A stretch of 64,000 nt of DNA from the NCBI RefSeq assembly GCF_963975735.1, contig NZ_CAXBIA010000008.1:26525-90524 (forward strand), read 5' to 3'. Origin of the DNA: an uncultured Parasphingorhabdus sp. (lineage in GTDB: Bacteria > Pseudomonadota > Alphaproteobacteria > Sphingomonadales > Sphingomonadaceae). The position numbers and the translations under genes were made by a program. Shown piece after piece: positions 18,736-27,891 of the stretch. The notes below the pieces were generated by a model. It did not search any database. It was not told where the DNA came from and was given only the letters and a program-made list of their open reading frames with translations. Every line of letters begins with the position of its first letter. Within the stretch, counting starts at the first letter, position 1.

Positions 18736-19201
18736 GCCGAATAAGCCGGACATTTGCTGTGCCTGAAGAGGCGCAAACAAAGAGGATGGCACCAGAAGCG
18801 TCGCAGGGACCACGTCCTGTAGGGGGGCGGACGCGAGACCAGCTTGTCCCGGGAACAGGAGCTTGCCCATGCGGTAGGCAATATTCCCGGACCAGATTTT
18901 GCGAATCCGCATTCTGGCACCATCCCCCATGATTGAGCTTCGATGCGACCCGCGAGCTTATGACGCTCTTTCCGGATGTTCACTCAGCTGCCAGTTGGAT
19001 AGCATGAAGGCGCGCTGCGCTGTTTTTCATTCGACCAACGGCTATCGACCGTCGACGAAAGAATAAGCATGCTGCCCTGCCCGCACCTGGTGGAAAGTGC
19101 TCTATTAAGGCCTGTCCCGCGCCATATTCAAAAGAGCGTTGGATTTACTGCTCTTACCGGTTACCAGTTGTAAAAGCGTCGGATCGCTGCAGGGGGCCAA
19201 T

Positions 19202-21232
19202 ATGGTGGAAGCACGGGAAATTGATGTCCTGATCGTCGGCGGCGGTTTTTCGACCATGCCGCTGGTCCGCGAGCTCGACGCCAGCGGGATCAAATGGCTG
19301 ATGGTGTCGGAAATGACCCCGATCTGGCAACAGCTGGAAGCCGCCGATGCGCTGGATTTCGATCTGGTCAGTTCCCTGCAGAGCAGCGTCTATTCCTTCG
19401 AACTGGTCGAGATGCTGAAAGAGCAGGGCGAGGATTTTACCGACGGTTTCCCGACCGCTCGCGAATTTTACGCGATCCACAAGAAATATGCCTCGCGCTA
19501 CGCCGACCATATCCACCACGGGCGGGTCGGCAGTATCGACAATCATCCGGATCACAGCATTGTCCACCTAGAGAGTGGCGAGCAGTTCCGCGCGCAGCAT
19601 GTCGTCGTCGCCACCGCTTTCCGGCGGCAGATGAATGCCAATCTCAAGCAGATCAAAATTGATGCCAGCTATGCCGGCAAGAATGTCGCGATCACCTCGA
19701 CCGGCGACAGTTCCAACCTGCTGATCGCCAAGCTGGTCGCTCATGGCGCGAAAGTGCATCTTGTCACCAATGGCTTCATCATGCTCGACAAGATGTTCGC
19801 CACCTTCTCGCCATTCGACGACGGCCCGCGTTTCGTCCCGCTCGACCAGCTCGAATGTCACAATTTCTCCGAAGTCAGCAAATGGAGCTATCGTGCGTTC
19901 ATCGACGGCGGCTATATTCACGGCCTGATCCACCGCTGGTTCGCGAAGTTTTTCGACCGCAACAGCCTCGGCGTGCGCCACCCCAAGAGCATCCGGCCGC
20001 ACGAAAGTCTCCGGACCTTTTTCGAAGCCAGGGCACCGATTGAAAACGGTCATATCGCGATCAAATATTGGCCGATCGATGTCTACAAACTCTATTGCGA
20101 CGAGACGCTCGAGCAGAAGATCAGCGACGGCTATCTGATCAACGACCTGCCCTTCTTCCTCGAACATGGCCATGTGAAATTGTGGGACAAGGCGGTCGCC
20201 ACGCTTGACCGCGAAGCGATGACGCTGACCGAGGGCGGCGAGACGGCGACGTTTGACGAGATTATCGACGGCGATCAGGAAGTGCCCAATATCCCCGAAA
20301 TCCGGCTTTGCGGCGATCAAGCGTCGGAGCATTTTATCTACAAGACGCGGCAACAGTTTCTCGGTGTGATATCCCCCCGCCTGCGCAACATCTACACCAT
20401 CGGTTTCACCCGTCCCTTCACCGGCGGGCTCAACAATATCAGCGAGATGCAATGCCTGCTGGTCCACCGGATGATCAGCGATCCGGAATTCCGCCACAGC
20501 GTCAACGCCAATATCGAACAGCGGATCGCAACCTATAACGCGAACTATTATGCCAGACGGCCGGAGAGCAAGACCGACCATCTGGTCTGGTACGGCACCT
20601 ATACCGACGAGGTCGCGCGACTACTCGGCATCCGCCCGAAACGCAGCGACACGCCCGGCCTCAAGGGGCTGATGAAATATTATATGTTCCCGAACAATGT
20701 GTTCCGCTTCCGCGAGACCGGCCGCTATGCGGTGGACGGCGTCGACGAGCTGCTCACCCACACAGCGAAACAATATCACGACTATAAAGTCCTGGCGCTG
20801 CTGGTCATTCGCTACCCGTTTTTCGAGCTGCTCGCCCTCGGCACGATCCTGTTCGCGCCGGTGCCGTGGTGGGTCAAAGTCCCGGCAGCGATCATCCACA
20901 ACCGGCTGCCGTTTACCTCGACGCTGGTCGGGAAATTCGGATTGCCGACACGGGAGAGCAAGGCGATCTTCAATTACCGCAAGGCGATCAGCTTTCCGGT
21001 GCTGGCCTATCCGGTGGTCGCGGCGGTCGTGTGGGCAGCGGCGGGCATGGGAGCGGCGTTCGCGCTTTCGGCAGGGTTACTCGCTTATGTCTATGCGATG
21101 GTGCATCTGGGCACGGCGAAGGGATGGAACCGCAAGTTCTTCTGCGACATGAAGAGCAAAAGGTCGATGGAGATGGTTGGGTTTTTTGAGCGGTACCGGA
21201 AGGTTTTTGGGCGGGTTAAGGGCGGTGTTTAG
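19202..21232 (+). CDS. putative FAD/NAD(P)-binding oxidoreductase with C-terminal membrane segments
   Basis: N-terminal dinucleotide-binding fold IDVLIVGGGFSTMP. About 676 aa, with the last roughly 150 aa holding several hydrophobic helices (LALLVIRYPFFELLALGTILFAPVPWW; AISFPVLAYPVVAAVVWAAAGMGAAFALSAGLLAYVYAMV). Start set to ATG 19202. Precise family not recognised. Confidence 0.55.
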   Translation: MVEAREIDVLIVGGGFSTMPLVRELDASGIKWLMVSEMTPIWQQLEAADALDFDLVSSLQSSVYSFELVEMLKEQGEDFTDGFPTAREFYAIHKKYASRYADHIHHGRVGSIDNHPDHSIVHLESGEQFRAQHVVVATAFRRQMNANLKQIKIDASYAGKNVAITSTGDSSNLLIAKLVAHGAKVHLVTNGFIMLDKMFATFSPFDDGPRFVPLDQLECHNFSEVSKWSYRAFIDGGYIHGLIHRWFAKFFDRNSLGVRHPKSIRPHESLRTFFEARAPIENGHIAIKYWPIDVYKLYCDETLEQKISDGYLINDLPFFLEHGHVKLWDKAVATLDREAMTLTEGGETATFDEIIDGDQEVPNIPEIRLCGDQASEHFIYKTRQQFLGVISPRLRNIYTIGFTRPFTGGLNNISEMQCLLVHRMISDPEFRHSVNANIEQRIATYNANYYARRPESKTDHLVWYGTYTDEVARLLGIRPKRSDTPGLKGLMKYYMFPNNVFRFRETGRYAVDGVDELLTHTAKQYHDYKVLALLVIRYPFFELLALGTILFAPVPWWVKVPAAIIHNRLPFTSTLVGKFGLPTRESKAIFNYRKAISFPVLAYPVVAAVVWAAAGMGAAFALSAGLLAYVYAMVHLGTAKGWNRKFFCDMKSKRSMEMVGFFERYRKVFGRVKGGV

Positions 21233-21295
21233 TATTAGAAGCAGGGACATAGGATACAACTAGCACCACAACTGGACGTCCAGCTCCGAAACAAA

Positions 21296-22735
21296 TTATT
21301 CAACTAAGCATAGAGATGGATCACCATTGGTGTTTTCAGCCTTCCGAAAACACTGTTGCAAGGAAATCAGTTTCTGTTGAGCTTCCAGCTGTTTGGCATA
21401 ACCGCTTGACAAGCTTTCTGCCTGGCTGGAGTAATTTACCCTGAGTTGTAGAATCTCGGCCGGAACTGATATAACTGCTTTCAATAAGCGGATCGGAAGG
21501 CGGACAATTTCGAGCACTTCACTTGGCCGATTTGCTTCCCACGATGTCAGCATACCTTTGTCAAATACGATATTGTCCACTGTCTTAACGAATGCCGACG
21601 AGCGTAACGGAATATAGCTGACCGGTCCAGCCTGCGGGAGAGCTACAAGTGCACCTTGGACGGGAACTCCCGGAGTACGTTGAGAAAGATTACACCCTCC
21701 AACGCACTGCCGAATGGTTATCGTAGCTGGCAACGCCGTACGATATAAAAGCCCGTCGACAGGCTGACAAAGTTGCAATTTCTGTTGCGACGCATTCTGA
21801 ATTGGCTCCTTTTTGCAATTCCCCGAATGATCGAAGGTATTTGAAGTCAATAATGGCACTTTACGTGAAGGCGCTTCGGCATCACTTCGTTGTTCCAATA
21901 AGTTCTTCACTTCCGCATCTACAAAAAATGGCCAATTGGCTCGATTCAGTTCGTCATTCACCTTTTTGCGTTCGTCCTCGCTGATCGGATCAAAGATATA
22001 TCGGAAATCCTTGATTGGTGTATCACAGTTCACAGGCGCTACAGGTTCCTCGCCAACAACCTTGGAACGAGCGACTGGCAATGAGCCCCCTCCGAATGCG
22101 GCGAATGCTCCAGCTAGCTCCACAATAACATCGCCGGTCCGGTCAGCAGCGGTAACGTTTGCGGAAGAAAGTAACCCGTCGCTGGAAACCATAAATTTCT
22201 GCTCATCATCTCGAAGTATATTATGACTCAAATTTGCAACAAATCTCGCCGAGGGGTCTGGAGAGAACGGTTGAAGTTCCAGCTTTACATCATACGAATA
22301 AATACAGGCTTTATCTCCAAAAGTTCGCAGCGTGTCCTCCAAGTCTATGATTTCTGCTTTCTTGAGAAGTTGAGTCCGTTGTGCGTCGCCGGCTTTGAAC
22401 TCCGCTATCGTGGCATCGTCTTGGAGTTTCTGCCTTCTCAAGCTACTGATCGGATTCGCATTTAATGCGTTGTCTGCCGCCGCTTTTTCTATTTTAGCTG
22501 CTTTTTCTGCATCCTCTGCAGCACCCAATGCCGTCACGGCTGCTTTGATTTTTTTCTCTACGTCCGCCTTTCGCAACGGCGCTCTAGCACCGACAAAAGC
22601 AACTTCTCGTTTCGGCAGAAAATAACTCATGCCTTCAGCATTAGATTGATCATGTCTGAATCCGTGCGTCTTTACAGTAGCACAACCACTTAAAAAAACC
22701 GACAGACTGGCGGTAACAATCAGCGCGACTCGCAT
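21296..22735 (-). CDS. hypothetical lipoprotein (479 aa), partner of the caspase-like protease
   Basis: Lipobox signal peptide MRVALIVTASLSVFLSGC, an Ala/Lys-rich helical segment (KKIKAAVTALGAAEDAEKAAKIEKAAADNAL) and several Cys pairs. AAGGAG RBS 8 nt upstream. AT-rich codon usage. No family confidently recognised. Confidence 0.75.
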   Translation of the reverse strand: MRVALIVTASLSVFLSGCATVKTHGFRHDQSNAEGMSYFLPKREVAFVGARAPLRKADVEKKIKAAVTALGAAEDAEKAAKIEKAAADNALNANPISSLRRQKLQDDATIAEFKAGDAQRTQLLKKAEIIDLEDTLRTFGDKACIYSYDVKLELQPFSPDPSARFVANLSHNILRDDEQKFMVSSDGLLSSANVTAADRTGDVIVELAGAFAAFGGGSLPVARSKVVGEEPVAPVNCDTPIKDFRYIFDPISEDERKKVNDELNRANWPFFVDAEVKNLLEQRSDAEAPSRKVPLLTSNTFDHSGNCKKEPIQNASQQKLQLCQPVDGLLYRTALPATITIRQCVGGCNLSQRTPGVPVQGALVALPQAGPVSYIPLRSSAFVKTVDNIVFDKGMLTSWEANRPSEVLEIVRLPIRLLKAVISVPAEILQLRVNYSSQAESLSSGYAKQLEAQQKLISLQQCFRKAENTNGDPSLCLVE

Positions 22736-22765
22736 TGACCTTCTCCTTATTCGGTGATGTTCAGT

Positions 22766-23611
22766 CTAAATCGAAAATGGTTTTTCAAATGGGAAGATGT
22801 TGGTGTTCTTTCCAAATGCCTTATTAGTAGGGTTTTGGTAGCTTGGGATTTCACTTGCGACCCGATTTCGAAAGTCGTCATAGTTTCCCTCAAATCGACC
22901 ATAGTTCCATGTTTTGACCAAAGCCGTTGTAAAGAAGCCACCGAAGGGGTTTTCGTAGGACAGTTCGAAATCTTGACAGGCCGCAAGCAGAAGTCCGGTG
23001 GACTGCATTGAGGCCTTTATTTGAGCTTCAGAGACATCCCCGAGCGCTTGTTTGGTGACTTCTTGCAATCCTTCATAAAATTTTCGGTTTGCAAAATAAG
23101 TGTTTTGAAGAATGGTTGCGGGGGCTCGTCTCACACGAACGTCTGGTCCATAAGAAAATCCGTCCGCCGAACCACCGAATGCCATTTTTTCCATTCCGCC
23201 AGAGTAGCAACTATCGGAGATAATCAGGATGCGACAACCCTCAACAAATGCCGCCCAGGCCCGAACCAATTCGTCGTCCATCAGTTGACCGTCAAACAGA
23301 CACCAGGTCTCATCGTCTCCAAAATCGTCTGGCTCCACCAAATCGGGAACCTTGCCGCCATGTCCCGAATAGGTGATCATAAAAATATCACCTTTTTGCG
23401 TTTTCTCGGCAGCTACGCGAATATGACGTAATACATTATCACGGGTAGCGGCCGTCGTCCGGAGTTTCCCCAGATTTTCAAATCCCGCGCTTGACGCTAG
23501 ATTTGCCATGGTGTGCATATCATTTTCGCACGCATTCAATGCACCGTCCCAACCATCATAGTGATTGGGATCGACGCTGTTCAAACCGATGTGTAGTGAA
23601 TATCCTGCCAT
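22766..23611 (-). CDS. caspase-like peptidase (C14 family; orthocaspase/metacaspase-like)
   Basis: YSLHIGLNSVDPNHYDGWDGALNACENDMHTM, FMITYSGHGG (catalytic His context) and ILIISDSCYSGG (catalytic Cys context). No signal peptide. Start set to ATG 23611, 5 nt after GGAGG. Confidence 0.85.
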   Translation of the reverse strand: MAGYSLHIGLNSVDPNHYDGWDGALNACENDMHTMANLASSAGFENLGKLRTTAATRDNVLRHIRVAAEKTQKGDIFMITYSGHGGKVPDLVEPDDFGDDETWCLFDGQLMDDELVRAWAAFVEGCRILIISDSCYSGGMEKMAFGGSADGFSYGPDVRVRRAPATILQNTYFANRKFYEGLQEVTKQALGDVSEAQIKASMQSTGLLLAACQDFELSYENPFGGFFTTALVKTWNYGRFEGNYDDFRNRVASEIPSYQNPTNKAFGKNTNIFPFEKPFSI

Positions 23612-23705
23612 CTTATCCTCCATGTTTCGATTTAAATGCTCCCGATAGCTCCCCAACACCCGTGACCCCCGTCACGCTCCCCCAAAAACTCCCCTCTTGA
23701 AAACA

Positions 23706-23720
23706 GAACAAACATTGAAC
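23706..23720. promoter_or_regulatory. putative LexA operator (alphaproteobacterial SOS box GTTC-N7-GTTC, seen here as GAAC-N7-GAAC)
   Basis: GAACAAACATTGAAC lies 70 nt upstream of the uvrA ATG, directly after a TTGAAA -35-like hexamer (23697-23702). uvrA is a classical SOS gene. Confidence 0.6.
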
Positions 23721-23789
23721 ATATAGCGCAGATCACCCTGTCCCTTTGGCCCGCTGGACTCTCTCCGGCATCTTCTGCAAAGCACGCTC

Positions 23790-26700
23790 ATGAGTCTGAC
23801 CCACATCAAAGTAAAAGGCGCCCGCGAGCATAATCTCAAGGGCGTGGATATCGAGCTTCCGCGCGAGAAGCTGATCGTGATCACCGGCCTGTCCGGCAGC
23901 GGCAAGTCGAGCCTTGCGTTCGATACCATCTATGCCGAGGGGCAGCGGCGCTATGTCGAGAGCCTCAGCGCCTATGCGCGGCAATTTCTCGAGATGATGC
24001 AGAAGCCCGATGTCGAGCATATCGAGGGGCTGTCACCCGCGATCTCGATCGAGCAGAAAACCACCAGCCGCAACCCGCGCTCGACCGTCGCGACGGTGAC
24101 CGAGATTTATGACTATATGCGCCTGCTCTGGGCGCGCGCCGGTGTGCCTTACTCGCCGGCGACCGGCTTGCCGATTACCGCGCAGACCGTTTCGCAAATG
24201 GTCGACCGGGTGATGACCCTGCCCGAAAAGACCCGTTTCTTCCTGCTCGCGCCGGTGGTGCGCGGACGCAAGGGCGAATATCGCAAAGAATTGCTGGAGT
24301 GGCAGAAGGCCGGTTTCACCCGGGTCCGGGTCGATGGCGAATTTTACGATATCGAGGAAACGCCCAAGCTCGACAAGAAATACAAGCATGACATCGAGGT
24401 GGTCGTCGACCGTCTCGTGGTGCGTGAAGGCATGGAACAAAGGCTGGCCGACAGTTTCGAGACCGCGCTGCGGCTGGCGGATGGCTTGGCTTTTGTGGAT
24501 TTGGCTGATGGGACGGTTGAGGAGGCTTTGGCGATTGCCAACCGTGCTTCGACAAGCTCAGCACGAACGGCGAGTGTCGCGGAAGCCCAAACTCCGTTCG
24601 TGTCGAGCGAAGTCGAGACACCCCTCTCGACTGCGCTCGAGGCGAACGGAAAAAATGCTGATTCGCCGCAGGGCAAAATGAAAGGCACCGGCCTCCCGCC
24701 AAACCGGATCGTCTTTTCCGAACGCTTCGCCTGCCCGGTCAGCGGCTTCACCATCGAGGAAATCGCACCGCGTTTATTCTCGTTCAACGCCCCGCAAGGC
24801 GCCTGCCCGTCCTGCGACGGTCTTGGCGAGAAGCTGCATTTCGACACCCAGCTGATCGTGCCCAATCCGGCGCTGAGCATCAAGAAGGGCGCGGTCGTGC
24901 CCTGGGCGAAGTCCAACCCGCCCTCGCCTTATTATATGCAGGTGCTCGGCAGCCTCGCCCGGCATTTCGAATTTGATCTCGACACGCCGTGGAACGAATT
25001 GAGCGAACATCATCAGGATATCGTCCTCAACGGTACGCAGGGTCTGCCGGTCACGCTCCGCTTTCAGGACGGGCGCAAATCCTATGAAGTGAAGAAGCCG
25101 TTCGAAGGCGTCGTCGGCAATCTCAAACGGCGGATGCTGCAGACCGAGAGCGCATGGATGCAGGAAGAACTGGCCAAGTTCCAGGCCGCGGCACCCTGCG
25201 AAACCTGCCACGGCGCGCGGCTCAAGCCGGAAGCGCTGGCGGTCAAGATCGCGGGCGAGGATATCTCGATATCAACCCGGCGCAGCGTCGGTGATGCGCT
25301 GGAATTTTTCGAGGGTCTCGGCGCACAGCTCAACAAGACGCAGAGCCAGATTGCCGAACCGATCCTCAAGGAAATCATCGAGCGACTGGGATTCCTTAAC
25401 AATGTCGGGCTGGATTATCTCAATCTCGACCGGACCAGCGGTACATTGTCCGGCGGCGAAAGCCAGCGCATCCGTCTGGCCAGCCAGATCGGCTCGGGCC
25501 TCAGCGGCGTGCTCTATGTGCTCGACGAACCGAGCATCGGCCTGCACCAGCGCGACAATGACCGCTTGCTGACCACGCTCAAGCGGCTGCGGGATCTCGG
25601 CAACACGGTGATCGTGGTCGAACATGACGAAGATGCGATCCGCACCGCCGACTGGGTCGTCGACATGGGCCCGGGTGCCGGTGTCCATGGCGGCGAGGTT
25701 GTCGCCGAAGGCACGCTCAAACAGATATTGAAATCGAAGAGATCTCTGACCGCCGCCTATCTCAACGGAACCCGCGAAATCGAGGTTCCGAAGAAACGGC
25801 GCAAGGGCAATGGCAAGAAGCTGACCGTTCACGGCGCCACCGCCAACAATCTGCAGAATGTCACGGCCTCGATCCCGCTCGGCACCTTTACCTGCATCAC
25901 CGGCCTGTCCGGCTCGGGCAAAAGCTCGCTGACCATCGACACGCTTTACGCAGCAGCAGCCCGCACGCTCAACGGCGCGCGGGTGATTGCCGGCGCGCAT
26001 GAGAAAATCACCGGCCTGCAATATTGCGACAAGGTCATCGATATCGACCAGTCGCCGATCGGACGCACCCCGCGTTCGAACCCGGCGACCTATACAGGCG
26101 CGTTCACCAATATTCGCGACTGGTTCGCCGGCCTGCCCGAGGCGCAGGTTCGCGGCTACAAGCCCGGCCGGTTCAGTTTCAACGTCAAGGGCGGCCGCTG
26201 CGAAGTCTGCCGCGGCGACGGGTTGATCAAGATCGAGATGCACTTCCTCCCCGACGTTTACGTCACTTGCGAGGAATGCCACGGCAAACGCTATAATCGC
26301 GAAACGCTCGAAGTGAAATTCAAGGGCAAGTCGATCGCCGATATTCTCGACATGACGGTCGAGGACGCGGTCAGCTTCTTCAAGGCAGTGCCGCCGATCC
26401 GCGACAAGATGGCCATGCTCTATGAAGTCGGCCTCGGCTATGTGAAAGTCGGCCAGCAGGCAACAACCCTGTCCGGCGGCGAGGCGCAGCGGGTCAAACT
26501 GGCCAAGGAACTGTCGAAACGGTCAACCGGACAGACACTCTATATTCTCGACGAGCCCACCACCGGTCTTCATTTCGAGGATGTCCGAAAGCTGCTGGAG
26601 GTGCTCCACCAGCTGGTCGAGCAGGGCAATAGCGTGGTGGTGATCGAGCATAATCTCGACGTCATCAAGACCGCCGACCATATCATCGACCTCGGCCCCG

Positions 26701-26810
26701 AAGGCGGCGTGCGCGGCGGCGAGATCGTCGCGCAAGGCACGCCGGAAGAGGTCGCCAAGGTCAAGGCAAGCTTCACCGGCGGCTATCTGAAGGATATGCT
26801 GGCGAAGTGA
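23790..26810 (+). CDS. uvrA: excinuclease ABC subunit A
   Basis: 1006 aa. [12 protein letters not shown], two ABC modules ([10 protein letters not shown] twice, LSGGE signature twice) and the zinc-module cysteines. Carries an extra repeat-derived segment at 24544-24649. Confidence 0.97.
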   Translation: MSLTHIKVKGAREHNLKGVDIELPREKLIVITGLSGSGKSSLAFDTIYAEGQRRYVESLSAYARQFLEMMQKPDVEHIEGLSPAISIEQKTTSRNPRSTVATVTEIYDYMRLLWARAGVPYSPATGLPITAQTVSQMVDRVMTLPEKTRFFLLAPVVRGRKGEYRKELLEWQKAGFTRVRVDGEFYDIEETPKLDKKYKHDIEVVVDRLVVREGMEQRLADSFETALRLADGLAFVDLADGTVEEALAIANRASTSSARTASVAEAQTPFVSSEVETPLSTALEANGKNADSPQGKMKGTGLPPNRIVFSERFACPVSGFTIEEIAPRLFSFNAPQGACPSCDGLGEKLHFDTQLIVPNPALSIKKGAVVPWAKSNPPSPYYMQVLGSLARHFEFDLDTPWNELSEHHQDIVLNGTQGLPVTLRFQDGRKSYEVKKPFEGVVGNLKRRMLQTESAWMQEELAKFQAAAPCETCHGARLKPEALAVKIAGEDISISTRRSVGDALEFFEGLGAQLNKTQSQIAEPILKEIIERLGFLNNVGLDYLNLDRTSGTLSGGESQRIRLASQIGSGLSGVLYVLDEPSIGLHQRDNDRLLTTLKRLRDLGNTVIVVEHDEDAIRTADWVVDMGPGAGVHGGEVVAEGTLKQILKSKRSLTAAYLNGTREIEVPKKRRKGNGKKLTVHGATANNLQNVTASIPLGTFTCITGLSGSGKSSLTIDTLYAAAARTLNGARVIAGAHEKITGLQYCDKVIDIDQSPIGRTPRSNPATYTGAFTNIRDWFAGLPEAQVRGYKPGRFSFNVKGGRCEVCRGDGLIKIEMHFLPDVYVTCEECHGKRYNRETLEVKFKGKSIADILDMTVEDAVSFFKAVPPIRDKMAMLYEVGLGYVKVGQQATTLSGGEAQRVKLAKELSKRSTGQTLYILDEPTTGLHFEDVRKLLEVLHQLVEQGNSVVVIEHNLDVIKTADHIIDLGPEGGVRGGEIVAQGTPEEVAKVKASFTGGYLKDMLAK
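24544..24570. repeat. short REP-like element inside uvrA
   Basis: GTGCTTCGACAAGCTCAGCACGAACGG, with internal complementarity GTGCT..AGCAC. It ends in the same CGAACGG as the neighbouring palindrome and is translated as ..[10 protein letters not shown].. Confidence 0.55.
24594..24649. repeat. REP/MITE-like imperfect palindrome inside the uvrA reading frame
   Basis: CCGTTCGTGTCGAGCGAAGTCGAGACACCCCTCTCGACTGCGCTCGAGGCGAACGG. The arms match the hisF-hisA spacer element (10386-10460) almost base for base. Translated in frame as [19 protein letters not shown]. Confidence 0.8.
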
Positions 26811-27142
26811 GCCGCGATCAAAGGAAGCTGTTGTTTGTCTGTTCCCGCAACCGATTGCGCAGTCCCACTGCCGAAGCGGTGTTGAATGGTGTGGAAACGG
26901 TAACTGCCATTTCCGCAGGCACGAACAATGACGCCGAAACACCGCTATCCGGCGATCTGATCATATGGGCGGATATCATCTATGTGATGGAGACCGCCCA
27001 CAAGAAGAAGATCACCCGGACATTTGGCGAATTGCTGAAGGATAAGCCCGTCAGAAATCTTGCTATTCCGGACAATTACAAGTTCATGGAACCGGATCTT
27101 GTCACCAGAATAAAATCCAAATTCCCGGAATATTTCTCTTAA
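26807..27142 (+). CDS. low-molecular-weight protein-tyrosine-phosphatase-like protein
   Basis: 111 aa. [17 protein letters not shown] is a C-X5-R-S phosphatase P-loop. The GTG start overlaps the uvrA TGA (GTGA). Confidence 0.65.
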   Translation: MSRDQRKLLFVCSRNRLRSPTAEAVLNGVETVTAISAGTNNDAETPLSGDLIIWADIIYVMETAHKKKITRTFGELLKDKPVRNLAIPDNYKFMEPDLVTRIKSKFPEYFS

Positions 27143-27510
27143 TAGCGTAGCGCCTTCGCCTGCCAAAGCAGCAGCAACGGTGACAGCAATTCGACAACCA
27201 TCGCTCCGATTTGCTCGGTCGGTGCTGGGCCTACGGTAAGGTAGGATACCGCCCTTGCGCATCCACCGATGAAGAAAAACAATATCCCGAAGCGGAACAG
27301 ACTGGCCCGTCGCCTCAGATCGCCGGCGCTGTAGAAAAACATCGCGGCAACCCCGAGATAAACGCCGGAATAATAGCGATACTGGTTATCCAGCGCGATG
27401 CTGAACGGGTCTCCCCCCATATGCTCCGCCGCTCCGAAAAATATTCCGTTCACGCCGAACCAAAGCGGAATGAAGCTAATCAATATTGTGGCAAAGCGAA
27501 ACGCGATCAT
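27139..27510 (-). CDS. small integral membrane protein (DUF4345-like)
   Basis: 123 aa with four hydrophobic helices. Resembles DUF4345, but the assignment is tentative. Confidence 0.5.
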   Translation of the reverse strand: MIAFRFATILISFIPLWFGVNGIFFGAAEHMGGDPFSIALDNQYRYYSGVYLGVAAMFFYSAGDLRRRASLFRFGILFFFIGGCARAVSYLTVGPAPTEQIGAMVVELLSPLLLLWQAKALRY

Positions 27511-27891
27511 ATGATATCCCCCTGTTTTCCCTTCCCTCCGAACAGAGAAGAGTTTGTGACTTTGCAGACTGGCTGCCCAGCCATGATTATTGAGGTTGTG
27601 ATTTCGTCCAATTGCGAAGCCCCCTCATACGGCTCAGGCCAACGAATGGATTCACAAGCCGTGAAAGCCCTTTCCCTTTGAAAGAAAGCTCACACTCATC
27701 GCAAATCCCGGAACCACCGATGACCCATTCGACCGGTTCTGCTCTTCGTTGATCAATGAAGACTGCCACGGAGGAATCGCACTGTCAATTTTTGTGTGCA
27801 ATATCAGTCGTAAAGCGACAATCAGCAGAGAAATGGGCGAAGGCACTCCGATCATCCGAAGCCTGAATCGCGACCTTCAGTTACAAGCCCG

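Noticed and set aside
17980-18930. 316-aa minus-strand ORF
   Set aside because: It is largely antisense to gmk, which has a clear P-loop and guanylate kinase motifs. The remainder lies in the non-coding gap, and no motifs are present.
21272-21283. Perfect 12-bp palindrome CTGGACGTCCAG between the convergent flavoprotein and lipoprotein genes, considered as a bidirectional terminator
   Set aside because: There is no loop and no flanking T-run, so only about 4 bp could pair around a 4-nt loop. That is too weak to call.
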